A stretch of 64,000 bases of DNA, from NCBI GenBank assembly GCA_051362555.1, contig CM120647.1, forward strand, positions 434,001 to 498,000, read 5' to 3'. This stretch comes from Lingula anatina (taxonomy: Eukaryota; Animalia; Brachiopoda). Shown one piece after another: positions 52,154 through 64,000 of this stretch (within the stretch, counting starts at the first letter, position 1; every line of letters starts with the position of its first letter). A program made the position numbers and the translations under genes. The notes beneath the pieces are model-generated. The model was given only the letters and a program-made list of their open reading frames with translations. It did not search any database and was not told the origin of the DNA.

Positions 52154-52836
52154 CCATGAGTTAAATTTCATAATCGTCAGGGGCCGAAGACCCAGATATG
52201 TCGCACCTAAGCCGCCTCCGAGAGCCATACGGAGACGTTATTCATAGTAAATTTATTCTCAGATATAAGGTTCGTTTTGCATACCTGTAAACTCCTAAGG
52301 GTTTATCTTACATAGAAATGTGATTTAACATCGTTTAAATCATAAATCGGCATGAAATAATTGACGTTTGAAAACAGGCACAACTTCTTTGCTGCACTTG
52401 AAATGACCTCCTTAGCTATAAATATGATCCTATCACCTTGCGACATTGCATCATTCGATTGATGTAGGCCTACATGAGTAGTTGACACTGTTGAAGGGAA
52501 AGCACGTCTATTTATAGGAACTGAAATCAGGTGACGCATGTACTGTTGTGTTCAGAGAGCGACTTCCGCTTGACCTACTTTCCAGTGCTGTTGGTAGAAC
52601 AGTCGGTAATGAGTTGAGATCTCAATTTTCTTCTCATTATACTTCAATTTAAGAAAATAAAAAGCGTGACTTGTACTTGTGTAATTTCCCACCGGTACAA
52701 TATGTATTTAATAAACATACCGGGTGGAAGATTTTTGAAAAATTAATAAGCGTACTGGGTGAAAATGGAGCGTACCGGTGGGAAGAAATTTGGAAAATTA
52801 ATTAACGTACCGGTACGTTTATTTGATACTTCAGAG
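51795..52836 (+). mobile_element. ~1-kb MITE with TA TSD (Tc1/mariner-pogo-like)
   Basis: TA|CTCTGAAGTATCGAATAAA ... TTTATTTGATACTTCAGAG|TA. Subterminal AATAAAAGTACTG repeats. A second copy lies at 2590-3611. Confidence 0.85.
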
Positions 52837-53416
52837 TAATTCTTGCACCCTCAAAAGATTGTCGGTCCTAAGGTCTACCGAGTGAGCCACAAATTCAGAC
52901 AGTTCTTCTTTATTTAAACCACTCCAAGTCAGTTGTACTAATAAAGAAGCGTGCCGTAATATGTACAGTGCGATGATAGTTATGTAGTTACGTAACGGCC
53001 TAGGAGAGCTTAATTTGATAAAAAAGACCTTTAGTTTAAAAATATGAACTTACTGAATATATAGACATCTGAGATATAACATTAGTTTCAGTTTAGTCTG
53101 CCCTTTACAGCACAACCGAGGACGCGGAATTTGGTCCGCCCTTAACAGCACAACCGAGGACGCGTGTGTATAGCCCGATTTCAGACAAAAAGTTGGACAG
53201 TATTTCTGATACACTCGTGGCGGGAATTTGGCCCGCGCTATACAGCATAACCGAGGACTGGCTCAGAATAGCGTCAAATTTCACCACCTAACTTGAAATG
53301 GGCCCCTTTATGCATTCCACTGCTTATGTCAACCGAGGACGTCCTCGGTTGGAGGTGTGTCCTCGGTTAGTGGGTTTCGGGCGGGTGTGTGTCCTCGGTT
53401 AGAATGCGTGCACAAG

Positions 53417-53452
<36 letters not shown>

Positions 53453-56400
53453 GTTCAATGCCCTCTGTGTGTATTGATTCCTGTCTCACTATGAGTATGT
53501 GCCAGGCTGGGATGTTGTCTATCCACTGGAACATTGCTCAGTCAATACTACACACAGCCTGGCTGCTTAATACCCTGGGGAACCTGCTGATACCCCAGGG
53601 CACAGCATGTGGAACTAATTACTTCTGAAATCATTGGTGCTGAGATCACTGGAGATGATCCAATGAAGGAACAGGGAACCAGGGATTTGTTGCTGGGAGG
53701 GAGGGAGGGGGGGGTAATTTATTTATGAGAATAGGCTATTTGATATCACTCTGTATATTAAAGTAAGAGTAATGGATGGTTTTAGATTTTTTTCTGGCAC
53801 TAGTGATTTGTTTTGACAGAAACAGATGTCTAAAGCAGAAAAAACAGATTTTTTCTGATGGTGTCACTGACACTACTTCTAATGACATTTTGACGAGTGT
53901 CATTTCCCACATGTCAAAAGACCCATCCACAAAACTTCTTCCGCAAAACAGCTCCTTCAGTAAAATTTAATCTGCAATATCTTCAAAGTATTTATCATTG
54001 TCAGCGACCACCACACAGAAATGTTATTTTTGCCAGCTGGCATCTCACACAAGTCAATAAAACTAAGGAAAAAATGAATTACTGCAGTCAATGATACTGG
54101 CCTGAGGCATGGCCTGTTTATATCCAGTTACTTGGACAATATTTAAATCTTTGGGGACTACAGCTGATTGATTTGTTACACATCATAATTATTTCTCTTA
54201 TTTTGATGATATAGTTATGAATAAAACATCTCATTTATTGACAATATATATCAGGGCGTCCAATAAGTCACATTCCAAGCAGCTTCAGGTATTTGAGGTG
54301 TGTTAATGTCTTTTTACCTGTTGTTATACCTTATGTTAAACCTGACATTACACCTGTCTCTGAGGCTGAGATCAGAGATAAGACTACACAATCAACTTTT
54401 GGCACCAGGGACAAGCTGATGTAGTTAAGATAAATTCATTACCAGAACTCATATTTTCCCTACAATAAGCCAAATATGCATAGACAGGAATAATGACATA
54501 GGAGTAGGTCAGTGCAGTGGGGGCCCTAGGCCACTGAACATGGATAATCATTGTCATCCAGACCACACACATATACACACACATGTGTGCTCAGGAAAGT
54601 GTCCAGAGATGAAACTGTAGACATAAAACAGAAGCTGCGCGTCCAAGTCAATAATTCTAGAGTAGACTGAAGATGTGTAGTAGTCTGTTTTCCTGGCGAT
54701 TCCTGGAGATTCCTGGCAGAGACAGGCCTGTCAACTCCTGGTAATATCTGGACATGGTTTAGTGGTCATTTATGTCCTGGAGGTAATTAGATGGTCAATT
54801 GACTGACCAATCTGTGAAGATGTAACTGACAGTACAGAGATGACGGTGATATAACAAGATGAATGGTGCAAGGTACCTAACCCGGCCATTCCACTGGGAT
54901 ACTGTAGAAATGTGGTCCTGTTATATTTGGTGTGAGAATTCTACAGTTACAGCCACTTGTAGATTGTAAACTGGTGATGACTGCATCATAATACAAGGTT
55001 TCTGCATTGAAGAATGGATATGTAGGATACTGGCACACTGTATATGAAGTTTGATAGAGAAAATTGAAAGTACAGTTACAATACAGAGCTGACTGAACTA
55101 ACAAGTTTATGAACAAGACTAATAAGTTACTTTTGATGACACACCAGGGCTGTTTTCTCACGTAACACCTGTTGTCAGTGAAGTATACCAGAGTGAGGCA
55201 CTGGCGTAGCGTTATCTACAAAGTTAGGAGGAGCCACCTGCATTATCCAGGGGGAGCCACCCTGCTCTTGTGACAGTCGTTCATGGAGGACTGTTCATGC
55301 ACTTGGACACCTTTTCTGGAAAGAAAAATTCAATATTTTGCCCATGTTGGCAGTAAGATTATGGATTGCTGCTTGAAATTGAATAACTATTGAGTTTACA
55401 TACAAACAGATGCCATGAAATACATTTGCTGTACTAAATGCTAGTACTAAAAGAAACTTCACTGGCTCTGGGATGCGTCATCTGAGGAGACTGAAGTGAT
55501 GTGGAGAAACTATACAGCGTGCATAGTGTATGGAATCAACTTACAGATTCTTGTATGTTATCAGCACAACATTTGCCCACTTAACTGTTTCATTTCCACT
55601 TGGGTACTTGTTTCTCAGAAATAACGACTTCTTAACTGCTCTCAGTATGACATATCATCAGACTGTAGTTGCCCTGAAAACAGTTTTGTTGAATTTCTAG
55701 GAAGTATCAGTTGAGTGGATCACATGTTGATCACCTTCCAGGATTCATTCTGGGCACTTGGTTCTGACATAAGTTTTCTGAGAGGCGTTTTCAGATCAGT
55801 GACTGAGAAGGAAAGTAAGAAGCCATGTTTTTAGTTTGGATCTTGTCTCAACTTGTGCAGAGTAGTGTCTATGGCCACCTCTAGATGGCAGTGCAAATGA
55901 CAGAACCAAGACATGAAATACTGGGAGCTGAATTTTAATTTTCAACAGTGAAGCAGATAAACCACAGGACCTGTTGGATACCCCTCCCACCCCCACCCTG
56001 ATACCCCCACCCCCATCCCCAACCCCACCCTCAGCCTCATGCCCACCAGAGATGGGATGATTTCATGCACTTGGATGGGAGCTGTATAATTTGGCCTACT
56101 GGAAGGTCCTAGAATTTTAAAGAGCCAAGTTGGCAGTAATTGACATTGACCTTGTTATTTTGTCAGTGGTACATCACAGGTTTATGTTGGAGGTCCAGGA
56201 GATAGGATGAGAGTTTTACTTCTAAAAACTGATCACAGACTGAACTGAAAGTGAGATTTACTTCATTGGATAATGATTCTGTTGAGAATGCTTTTAAAGG
56301 AATCCTGCTAATTAAATAGGAAAATGTGAGGAACATTTAAAGTAGTTGTTGATGCTGTAAAAACCTGATGTGAAAAGTTTTTTTTATAGATAACTTATAT

Positions 56401-57022
56401 ATTTGCCACTTCTAAGATATTCTTTATTAAAACTTGTTGCACTGAAATACTCTTTACTAAAAAGACAGCGATGCCTCTCCTGCTTCTTTTCTACAGAAGA
56501 AAATGGGTGCATTTATTCCAGGCTAGAAATGCCTCTCGTCAGTCTTCGTGCATCAGAGTGAGCGATTATGTTTTGAATGTGCGTGCAACAGTATACTCAT
56601 ACGCCACTTCTGCTGCTTTGATGATGTACTACAGTTAAGTGTTGTATGTGTGACTTATCACATTTCACTGAAACATTAAACAACTGAATCAGAAAGAAGA
56701 CATCATCTTCATACACTTATTTGTGAAAATTATCAAGAGTGGGAACGTGTAATTTGTGGACTGAGCTCTGAGAACTTCTATAACATATTTCTATACTAGT
56801 ACTGTCGTCTCTGGCACACTAACCCCAAACTGCAGCATATTACTCATCATTATACAACTATTACACTGAAGTGAAGTAAAGGCATTGACTTCATTGCTGG
56901 CAATATTGGGTATTGTTTATTACTTGGTCAACTCACAGAGTCAGAGATAAACTAAGTGTGAGTACTAGTACACAGGTTACAGCAGTGCTGTGCTAAGTCT
57001 TGGTTACAGAGCCACTGAATTG

Positions 57023-57124
57023 ATGAATGACATGAAAAAGTTGAATGGAGTAATATCTCAACAATTGGATCAATGGAGTTTTAGACTGTGGTGGACGTGT
57101 GTACACTTATTTCTGTGGTGGAAG
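57023..57124 (+). CDS. Candidate alternative first exon of the gamma-syntrophin-like gene (34 aa, Trp-rich)
   Basis: ATG-initiated open frame MNDMKKLNGVISQQLDQWSFRLWWTCVHLFLWWK ends at a strong phase-0 donor AAG|GTAAGG. Confidence 0.4.
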
Positions 57125-57489
57125 GTAAGGAACTGTGAAGACTGAGAGGAGAGGGACATGGTGTCATGGCAGAAGGCACTTTGTAAGTTGTAAGGAAACT
57201 GTGCACACAGTCAGTAATTGTCCTGTTTCTGACAACGTCACCAGTGTGCAGAGGAGGCACTGCAGATATTGATACTTTGTGGACAGTTCTGACAGTTCTT
57301 CACAACTACAGCAGGAAGCTGTTAGTTTAAAGTTATAATTATCTCATTCTGTCACCGTGTGTTGAGCTGCTAATGTGTATGTTACAGACTCACCAGCCTG
57401 AGAACACAGCCTGAGAACACAGCAACACATTGCTTAAGGTCAGCAGAGACTGACCAGTACTTTAACTTTTAAAAGATTTTTTTACTGGG

Positions 57490-57798
57490 ATGAAGATGGC
57501 CTCTAAACCAGAAGATCCCTCGCCACCATCATCACCCTTGCCATCATCTCAGTCGCTGGCGCCATCATCTCAGTCACTGGCACCATCATCTCAGTCACTG
57601 GCGCCATCGTCTCAGTCGTCACAGTCAGAAACATCATCGTCACCAACCAGAGCGGAGCACCACCCCAGACCCACTCGGCATAATTATGGCGCCCAGTGTC
57701 GATATGGCGGCTATAATCCTTTCTATCGCAATAGTTACAAAGAACACTTGAAGTCAATGGAGAGTAACAAGAGGCTGAAGCTGAAGAAACACAGTCCA
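57490..57798 (+). CDS. Candidate alternative first exon of the gamma-syntrophin-like gene (103 aa, Ser/Pro-rich)
   Basis: GC-richer ORF MKMASKPEDPS...KKHSP with an in-frame 21-bp repeat (APSSQSL). Phase-0 donor CCA|GTATGT. Confidence 0.55.
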
Positions 57799-57823
57799 GT
57801 ATGTAGTCACTGTGTGGGGTGCC

Positions 57824-57864
57824 TGTGTGTGTGTGTGTGTGTGTGTGTGTACTAGTACGTGTGT

Positions 57865-57895
<31 letters not shown>

Positions 57896-57975
57896 GGCAT
57901 GTTTATGTGCATGGGCATGAATGTGGGCATGTGCGTATGCATGTGTGTGTGTGTGCGTGTGTATGTGTGTGGGTG
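57824..57975. repeat. (GT)n compound microsatellite
   Basis: Direct reading. Confidence 0.95.
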
Positions 57976-58894
57976 TGGAGGTAACTGTGTAATAAGAACA
58001 TTCCAATAGTACGTGAAAGCACTGATAATTTTCCAAATACAGAGTCACATACAAAGGCCACATCTTGTCAGTGGACATATTATTACTACATGTATTCAGG
58101 TAAATCATCTATGGTTACATTATTCATCTCCAGCTGCTGCCAGCAACAGGTGGTTGTGTGTCTCCTGTATTAACAGTAGAGTTCAGCTGATAGCAGTTAT
58201 ATCATCTTAATCAATAGTTTATTTGTGCTTTGTACTAGTAGACAAATGCAGTCTTTATGAAAATGGTTATATAACAACCAACACAATAATTAGCTTCCAA
58301 AAATTGTAATTTTCTTATTATATCTGTCCATAATTGTTTCATTTATTCCTTATGGATAGCTGTGACACCTGAAAAATCATGTCTAGTTTTGGTCCTTTTA
58401 GTTAGCTTTTGCCACAACCTTTTGTCAAAGGCTCATATGTATGTGTGTATGGAGTATGCATGAGTGTGTATATGTGTACATGTGTGTGTGCGTGCATACA
58501 TACACCTGTGTTGGGAGATTTTTAGAGGAATGTATACAGTGTAGTACTTAAGGAGCCTATTTTTCATATGATAAACTAAGCTCAGAAAAAATCTTTGGTC
58601 CAATAAGGATTTGACCCTCAAGAAAACTCAGAAAGTTAAATACCACTGAAAACTGCATTTAGTTTGCGAAATCCTCTCACAAATTCTTGACAATTATTAG
58701 CCAGAATTTGTCAGTATCGTCTGTTCCTCGTGGGAAATTGTTGTCATAAATAACAACATATAAACTAAGCAGTTCATGATGTGTTACTTGCAAAATGATT
58801 TGATAGTTCTGTGCTAGCTGATACTGCAGGTGCTCTAGCTGACTACTTCTGAATAAGTAGAAGACAACTGTTCCAGTTGACTTTGACATGCTGA

Positions 58895-59129
58895 CTGGGA
58901 TAGCGCTAACACTCGCCAATTAAGTCAAATGCTAAAACTGACTTCAATTGGCTAAACAAATTGGACTTGGCAGGACTTGTTTTAGTCAAATTTAAACCAT
59001 TTTGTGAAAAAAAATAATGAAAAAGTAGAGATTTGTCCAAGTGAAAAAAATAGCTAGTGCTACCCCAGACTGCAGTCTGTCCACATACTACTAGACGGCT
59101 ATCACAGTTAGGCACAGTACAGTAAATGA

Positions 59130-59170
<41 letters not shown>

Positions 59171-59711
59171 AACTGAGCACTGAATCAAATTAGACAATAA
59201 TTCTTCATTGTGAAGTTGCAATAATGCGGTGATTATTAGAGAAGTGGGAGATATTGTGCAGTAACATAAAGGAATGAGGTTATAAATGAATATTGCCATA
59301 AGGTTTGAAGGTATATAAATATAGATATATAGCGCCAGCAAAATGATAACAGCTTATTTTCAAACCATATCAAATTCATAAGGTATGAACGCTTGTTTGT
59401 GTGAATGTGTGTCATGTAAAACTATGTCATGCTTATCTTGTTCTTTATATCTCCTATTTGCTTGGTCTCAGGTATTAGGTCGTTATTACAAATCACAAAA
59501 CATATGATTTGGTATCATTTTTCTCCAGTCTATCAGTCTTTTCCTGGGATAGCGCTAACACTTGCCAATTTAGCCAAATGCTAAAACTGAGTTGCCTAAA
59601 CAAAAAGTGATTGATTTGACTTGTTTTTGTCAAATTTAAACAATTTGGAGAAAAAAGTGATGAAAAAGTGATGATTCAGGCTAAGAGAAAAAATTGCCAG
59701 CACTATCCCAG
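58895..59711. mobile_element. Two copies (58895-59068, 59544-59711) of a ~170-bp MITE-like repeat
   Basis: Both start CTGGGATAGCGCTAACAC and end in (AG)CACTATCCCAG / TGCTACCCCAG. Confidence 0.6.
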
Positions 59712-59822
59712 TTTTCAGTTATTTTTCTTCAGTGTAAAAGAAGATCTAATTGTCTGTTATTAATAAATGCTTGCCACAAGTGTTTAAGAATGTTTCCCAG
59801 TCTGTCTGTGTGTTTCCTTCAG

Positions 59823-59966
59823 GTCAAGCAGGGCATGGTTCTGGTGTCCAATGGAAAGGGAAGTCAAGAGCCACGTCGTCTGCTTCTGTCACATGACACT
59901 CTTCAGATACAGAAGGAAGAAATCATCTACACCAGTACGGAGCATGGACACAAGGCTTTTCTAGGG
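59823..59966 (+). CDS. SNTG1: Gamma-syntrophin-like exon (N-terminal half of the split PH domain)
   Basis: CCTTCAG|VKQGMVLVSNGKGSQEPRRLLLSHDTLQIQKEEII...LG|GTAAGT, phase 0/0. Resembles the gamma-syntrophin PH1a segment. SNTG1 versus SNTG2 cannot be resolved. Confidence 0.75.
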
Positions 59967-60491
59967 GTAAGTGAAAACTTGGTGTACAAAGTTGAAACTT
60001 TGATTTTCATTGGAAATGGCCCTAGAAAAGATACCAGATATTTTTTAAGTTAAAAACTTATTTGGTCGAATAGTTGGGTTTTGTCAGATATCACACCTTG
60101 TTTATAGCCAGAACTTTGAAAATTATTCACACTGCCATATGGTAAGGTGTATTGTGGTTTTCATGGTCTCCAGATATGACACTAAAACGGAATTATTCTT
60201 TACAAAGAGGTTCTGAAAAATCACAATTGCCCCACCAGATACCTCCGTTGTATGTACATGTGTGTGTCATGTATTCTGCTGGACTGTGAACTATTGTATT
60301 TTATAATAACCAGGACATGGTTATTTCTCTGTGTGTTCACTCAGTACTGCTTCAATAAAACAAATATTGTAGCAACAGATTTTCTGGAAGTACTCTTTGT
60401 AGTAAACAACATGGTAGTGAAAACTTCTCTGACCTGGGACGCATTTCATGAAGCTCTCGTTAGTTAACAGTGGGTCATTAGCCTCTCATTA

Positions 60492-62387
60492 CGGTAATGT
60501 GCCAAGCATTTCGACAGGCCCAGTCAATCCGACCACAAAAATTATTTTATGAAATTAATTTTTCTGGGCTCAAACAATTAGTCCATACGTCAAAATCATG
60601 GGACAGAATTTTTTTCTTGTTCCGATTGTTCGACCACATCGTCGACAAGACTCGGTAAATTTTCAAGCCAGTGAAATAGATGCTGCATGCCTCGGCCCTT
60701 TGTCAATTGTTGTCCTTTCAATAGCTCTCGTCAATGAGGAAGAAACAATTAACTGAAGATCTGGAAGCATTACGTACCTGTCTTTTCCTTTGTCCCCGAT
60801 GACAATAATAGCGCTTATAGACATACAAATTTTGCTAATTAAGCAGACTTGCCCTCGCTGACTGATTCATCACGCCCGTAACTGGGGAGGGGGGGGGGGT
60901 TAAAAAAAGGTCTATTCTGGATGAAACCAATTATCGACAGTGGGTAGAATACGTCGTAAACACCTTCATATAGACCATATATCGCGTTTGCTAGCAATAA
61001 AAAGTTTGGGAAGAATAAGCAATTTATTTTCAAGTTCGATTGAAATATATATGCAGATGGGGAAACGTTCTTGAAGTCAACACCGCAAGATCTTACATTT
61101 ACTACAATCGACCGAAAGATCAGCGGGATCGACCGCCCAGACTTCTTGGCGCCAAATACCACACGCTGTCAAAATCTGACGAACACGTGTCGCTGTTCAC
61201 CTACATGGATAACTGATTTGTCAACAATAAAAATGACGTCTTCCTTAACTCCATGGGAGCTTTATAGAGAGTTCCACTGGGTATTTACGTTACCTGTGAG
61301 TCACTTTCTATTTCCCCAGATGCATGAAATGTTGATAATATTTAGCGTAATCCACGACGAACTCCATTCCTGTGACCCCCCTCCCCCAAAATGGGACCGT
61401 CTTCATTAACATGTGGTTCGCGCTATGCTGGAGCAGGCCAGATAAAACCAGTCCCTCATTTCTGCATGTGCTCAATTCTCACGTCAAATTATAAATGCAC
61501 CTGTTTTATGAAAATTATGGCAAGTAAATGCTTTTTTTACGATCGGGTTGTATCAGTGGGGTTTTCAATATGCACCGTGGTTTGTGCACAGCGAGAGTAT
61601 ATAAGTAAGAAAATCGGAAGAGTGCAAGCAAGATACTGTATGTCTATCGGCACAGGTACGCTCCGTATTTTGCCTTTTCTCAATATTTTTTATATGACAT
61701 GCTTTTTAAATAAAATACTTAATAGTAATTTAAAGTTACACTGATTTCCGTTTGAGTACCAGTTGGTATTCTTTGATACGGGTGATTGAATTTTCTTCGG
61801 AAGTACGTACAGTACGTCTACGCCTCGACGCTGAGCAAGCCTTGCGGGTTGAAAACAACTGATCTCAGACTGGTAAAAAATTTCAATTCGGTTGATTTCA
61901 GTTGTCATATTAAAATTCAAATAGGGCGTACGTAAATCACATAACTGGTTTAAGTCCACTAAAGCTACCGGTTTCAAATATAAGTGACCGGCCTTTGTTT
62001 ACAACACCTGTCTCCGGGGAAATACTCGTCCCACTTGTGAAGCGCATCATGAAAGTGATCGTAGGTGAGGAAATTATATAATCAAAAATTATAATTGTCG
62101 TCTTTTTTAATGTTAAGTAATGTTAGCACATATTGTACACAGCAAAATAAGATTTCAGAAGGATAAAACATGCCTGAAACACGTGTTAGGCGAAAATTGC
62201 GGCTTATCTTGCGTAACACTTCCGGTAAAATGCAATACTTCCGGAAAGATGGACGTTTTGGCAGATGCCCCTAACAATCCGACGATATCAAAGGTTTCCA
62301 TTTGCTGTATTTTAATCAATTCGACGAAACTGACATTTCCATGAAATTAATTAATTAATCTTGGTCGAATTGTTTGGCATATTACCG
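60492..62387. mobile_element. 1.9-kb non-autonomous TIR element flanked by TA
   Basis: TA|CGGTAATGTGCCAAGCATTTCGAC versus GTCGAATTGTTTGGCATATTACCG|TA (24 bp, 3 mismatches). Confidence 0.75.
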
Positions 62388-62442
62388 TAGTTATAAGTGC
62401 CATATCCCAAAGCTATTGCTAGTTTTTTTAGTTCATAATGTT

Positions 62443-62644
62443 TTCTTGTTACCATGGATATTTAACAAGTGGGTCAGATCACTTCTTGTTACCATGGATA
62501 TCTAACAAGTGGGTCAGATCACTTCTTGTTACCATGGATATTTAACAAGTGGGTCAGATCACTTCTTGTTACCATGGATATTTAACAAGTGGGTCAGATC
62601 ACTTCTTGTTACCATGGATATTTAACAAGTGGGTCAGATCACTT
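62443..62644. repeat. 40-bp minisatellite, 5 near-identical copies
   Basis: Unit ACTTCTTGTTACCATGGATATTTAACAAGTGGGTCAGATC. Confidence 0.95.
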
Positions 62645-63950
62645 GCAAACCCTAGAGTTTTATCGTACGTATGCATAAGAAGTGAAATGGAAAGGTTGGT
62701 TAGTTCTCATTTTATATCATGTATCTTTGTATACAATGTGACAGTTGCCATTCTTGTCATCCATGCTGTGTGGTTCCAGCCTCAAAGCATTAGAGAGTTA
62801 GCACATTAATGACACTGTTAACACAAGAGTGTCACTTCTGGTAGACTGTTTTTAAAGTACCGTAAGTAACTAAAGAACTAGCCATTTACTTTTACTAAAC
62901 AACTTAGTTTTACTATAGATCTACAGTAGAGGTGCAGTTGACCACACAAGGCCTGCGGGAGGGGGGACACCATATGTTTGGAGATTCAAATAGAATTACC
63001 AGGGCGTCTTAATTCAATCATCGCAGGGACTATAATTGACTTGGCTATTTCAGCCCCCCACAGGGGTTGTCTGTATTGATTGTGAACTTAGAGGACTTAG
63101 CACGCGCCATTCTACCAGCCCAAGTGGAGCATTCAGACAAAATTCCTTTTGGACCGGAAAATGAGGCCTGGTTGCTTAAATAGATACACAGACATTATAA
63201 AGCCTTATAAAACCAAGCATGTATTTGAAATGGATATTCAGAAAACAAGCACCATAATATGTAAAGTTTCACCCAAATAAAGCATTCTAAGTTCTACCTG
63301 TACTAGTAATTGGTTTAGTTTCTAGTCTGTACTTGGCCAGGTCTGAATGAACTAATGAGTTCTCCTATAGATGGCGCTGTGTGTAAACGCCCCCAGGGTC
63401 TCATTAACCTCCTCCAGAGATCTCCGTCATTGATCACGGTGCCCCCTGGGAGGTGTATAGGAACGCCGCGCCATCTGACTCTCTCTCGTGTGTGTATGGT
63501 TTGGTACCTGAGGCGTTAGTCTATAACAAGATGTCGTTTAAAAACATTAATGTAATTAACTGAGTGGCCGTTACAAGAAAAGCAAGCTTACAGACTGTTG
63601 TACTCACTCCACTGTGTTTAATACATTTATCTGAATTATAACTGCAATCAATCAAACTTAGACTCAGCATGTCTTAGTTAATGGAATCTTATGGCTGAGG
63701 TCAAACTGATATGGATTACCTAGCTTGTTTATTTGAAAAAAATCCATGAAATCTATCTGAAAGATTTTATCTCCTGATAAGTGTGTTATGACATGGGAAT
63801 TTCATCATTTCCCTCTTACTGATCTCTTCTTCAAAATGCTTTTTTCATTGCAATATAAAAATAAATATGTAAAATAAAAATATGAACACATGCAATTTGC
63901 ATTATGGGCTTAGTGTGAAGGAGGAGTCAATTATTATTATTATGTTTCAG

Positions 63951-64000
63951 GAAAGACCAGTACTTCTACACAGAGAGAAGGTGGGAGGACTTGGTCTCAG
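63951..64000 (+). CDS. SNTG1: Gamma-syntrophin-like exon, start of PDZ domain (truncated by window end)
   Basis: TTTCAG|ERPVLLHREKVGGLGLS includes the PDZ carboxylate-binding loop GLGL, in phase with the 59823-59966 exon. Confidence 0.75.

Larger units (their letters stand above)
46289..53406. mobile_element. Possible large TIR element bounded by inverted AACCGAGGAC-rich ends, filled with nested repeats
   Basis: CATTCTAACCGAGGACACACAC at 46289-46310 and its exact inverse at 53385-53406. Further AACCGAGGAC copies at 46134-46350 and 53114-53400. No clear TSD. Confidence 0.5.

Noticed and set aside
57503-58108. 201-aa His/Thr-rich minus-strand ORF
   Set aside because: Product of the (CA)n microsatellite and antisense to the candidate exon at 57490-57798.
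59130-59164. Long poly-G run (and similar G/C runs elsewhere) as G-quadruplex elements
   Set aside because: Homopolymer runs are frequent throughout the window and their lengths are unreliable. No specific context suggests function.
60839-61977. Several ~100-aa ORFs inside the 1.9-kb TIR element
   Set aside because: No recognisable transposase motifs. A decayed transposase cannot be excluded without BLASTX.

Overview
Eukaryotic, AT-rich, intron-rich animal DNA. The repeat types suggest a lophotrochozoan, probably a mollusc (inference only). The first ~29 kb holds three head-to-head gene pairs whose exons can be read with GT-AG sites and consistent phases: PTDSS1 (exon 1, -) / MTERF3 (+), archease ZBTB8OS (-) / IQCC-like (+), and EFHC1 (-) / gamma-syntrophin-like (+, runs off the window). 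Most of the rest lies in very long syntrophin introns. These contain a nested complex of non-autonomous Helentron-like (HINE/pearl-type) elements carrying a 146-bp satellite with perfect nuclear-receptor DR1 motifs, a ~720-bp higher-order repeat and several TIR elements/MITEs. The most notable observations are: a 74-bp bidirectional promoter with two symmetric kB-like sites; four local tandem duplications across exon boundaries, one showing only synonymous differences; three candidate alternative first exons for the syntrophin; a repeat-expanded MTERF3; and an element nested inside a copy of itself. I found no transposase ORF, RNA gene or clearly new multi-gene system. Gene names come from recalled protein motifs, not from database searches.
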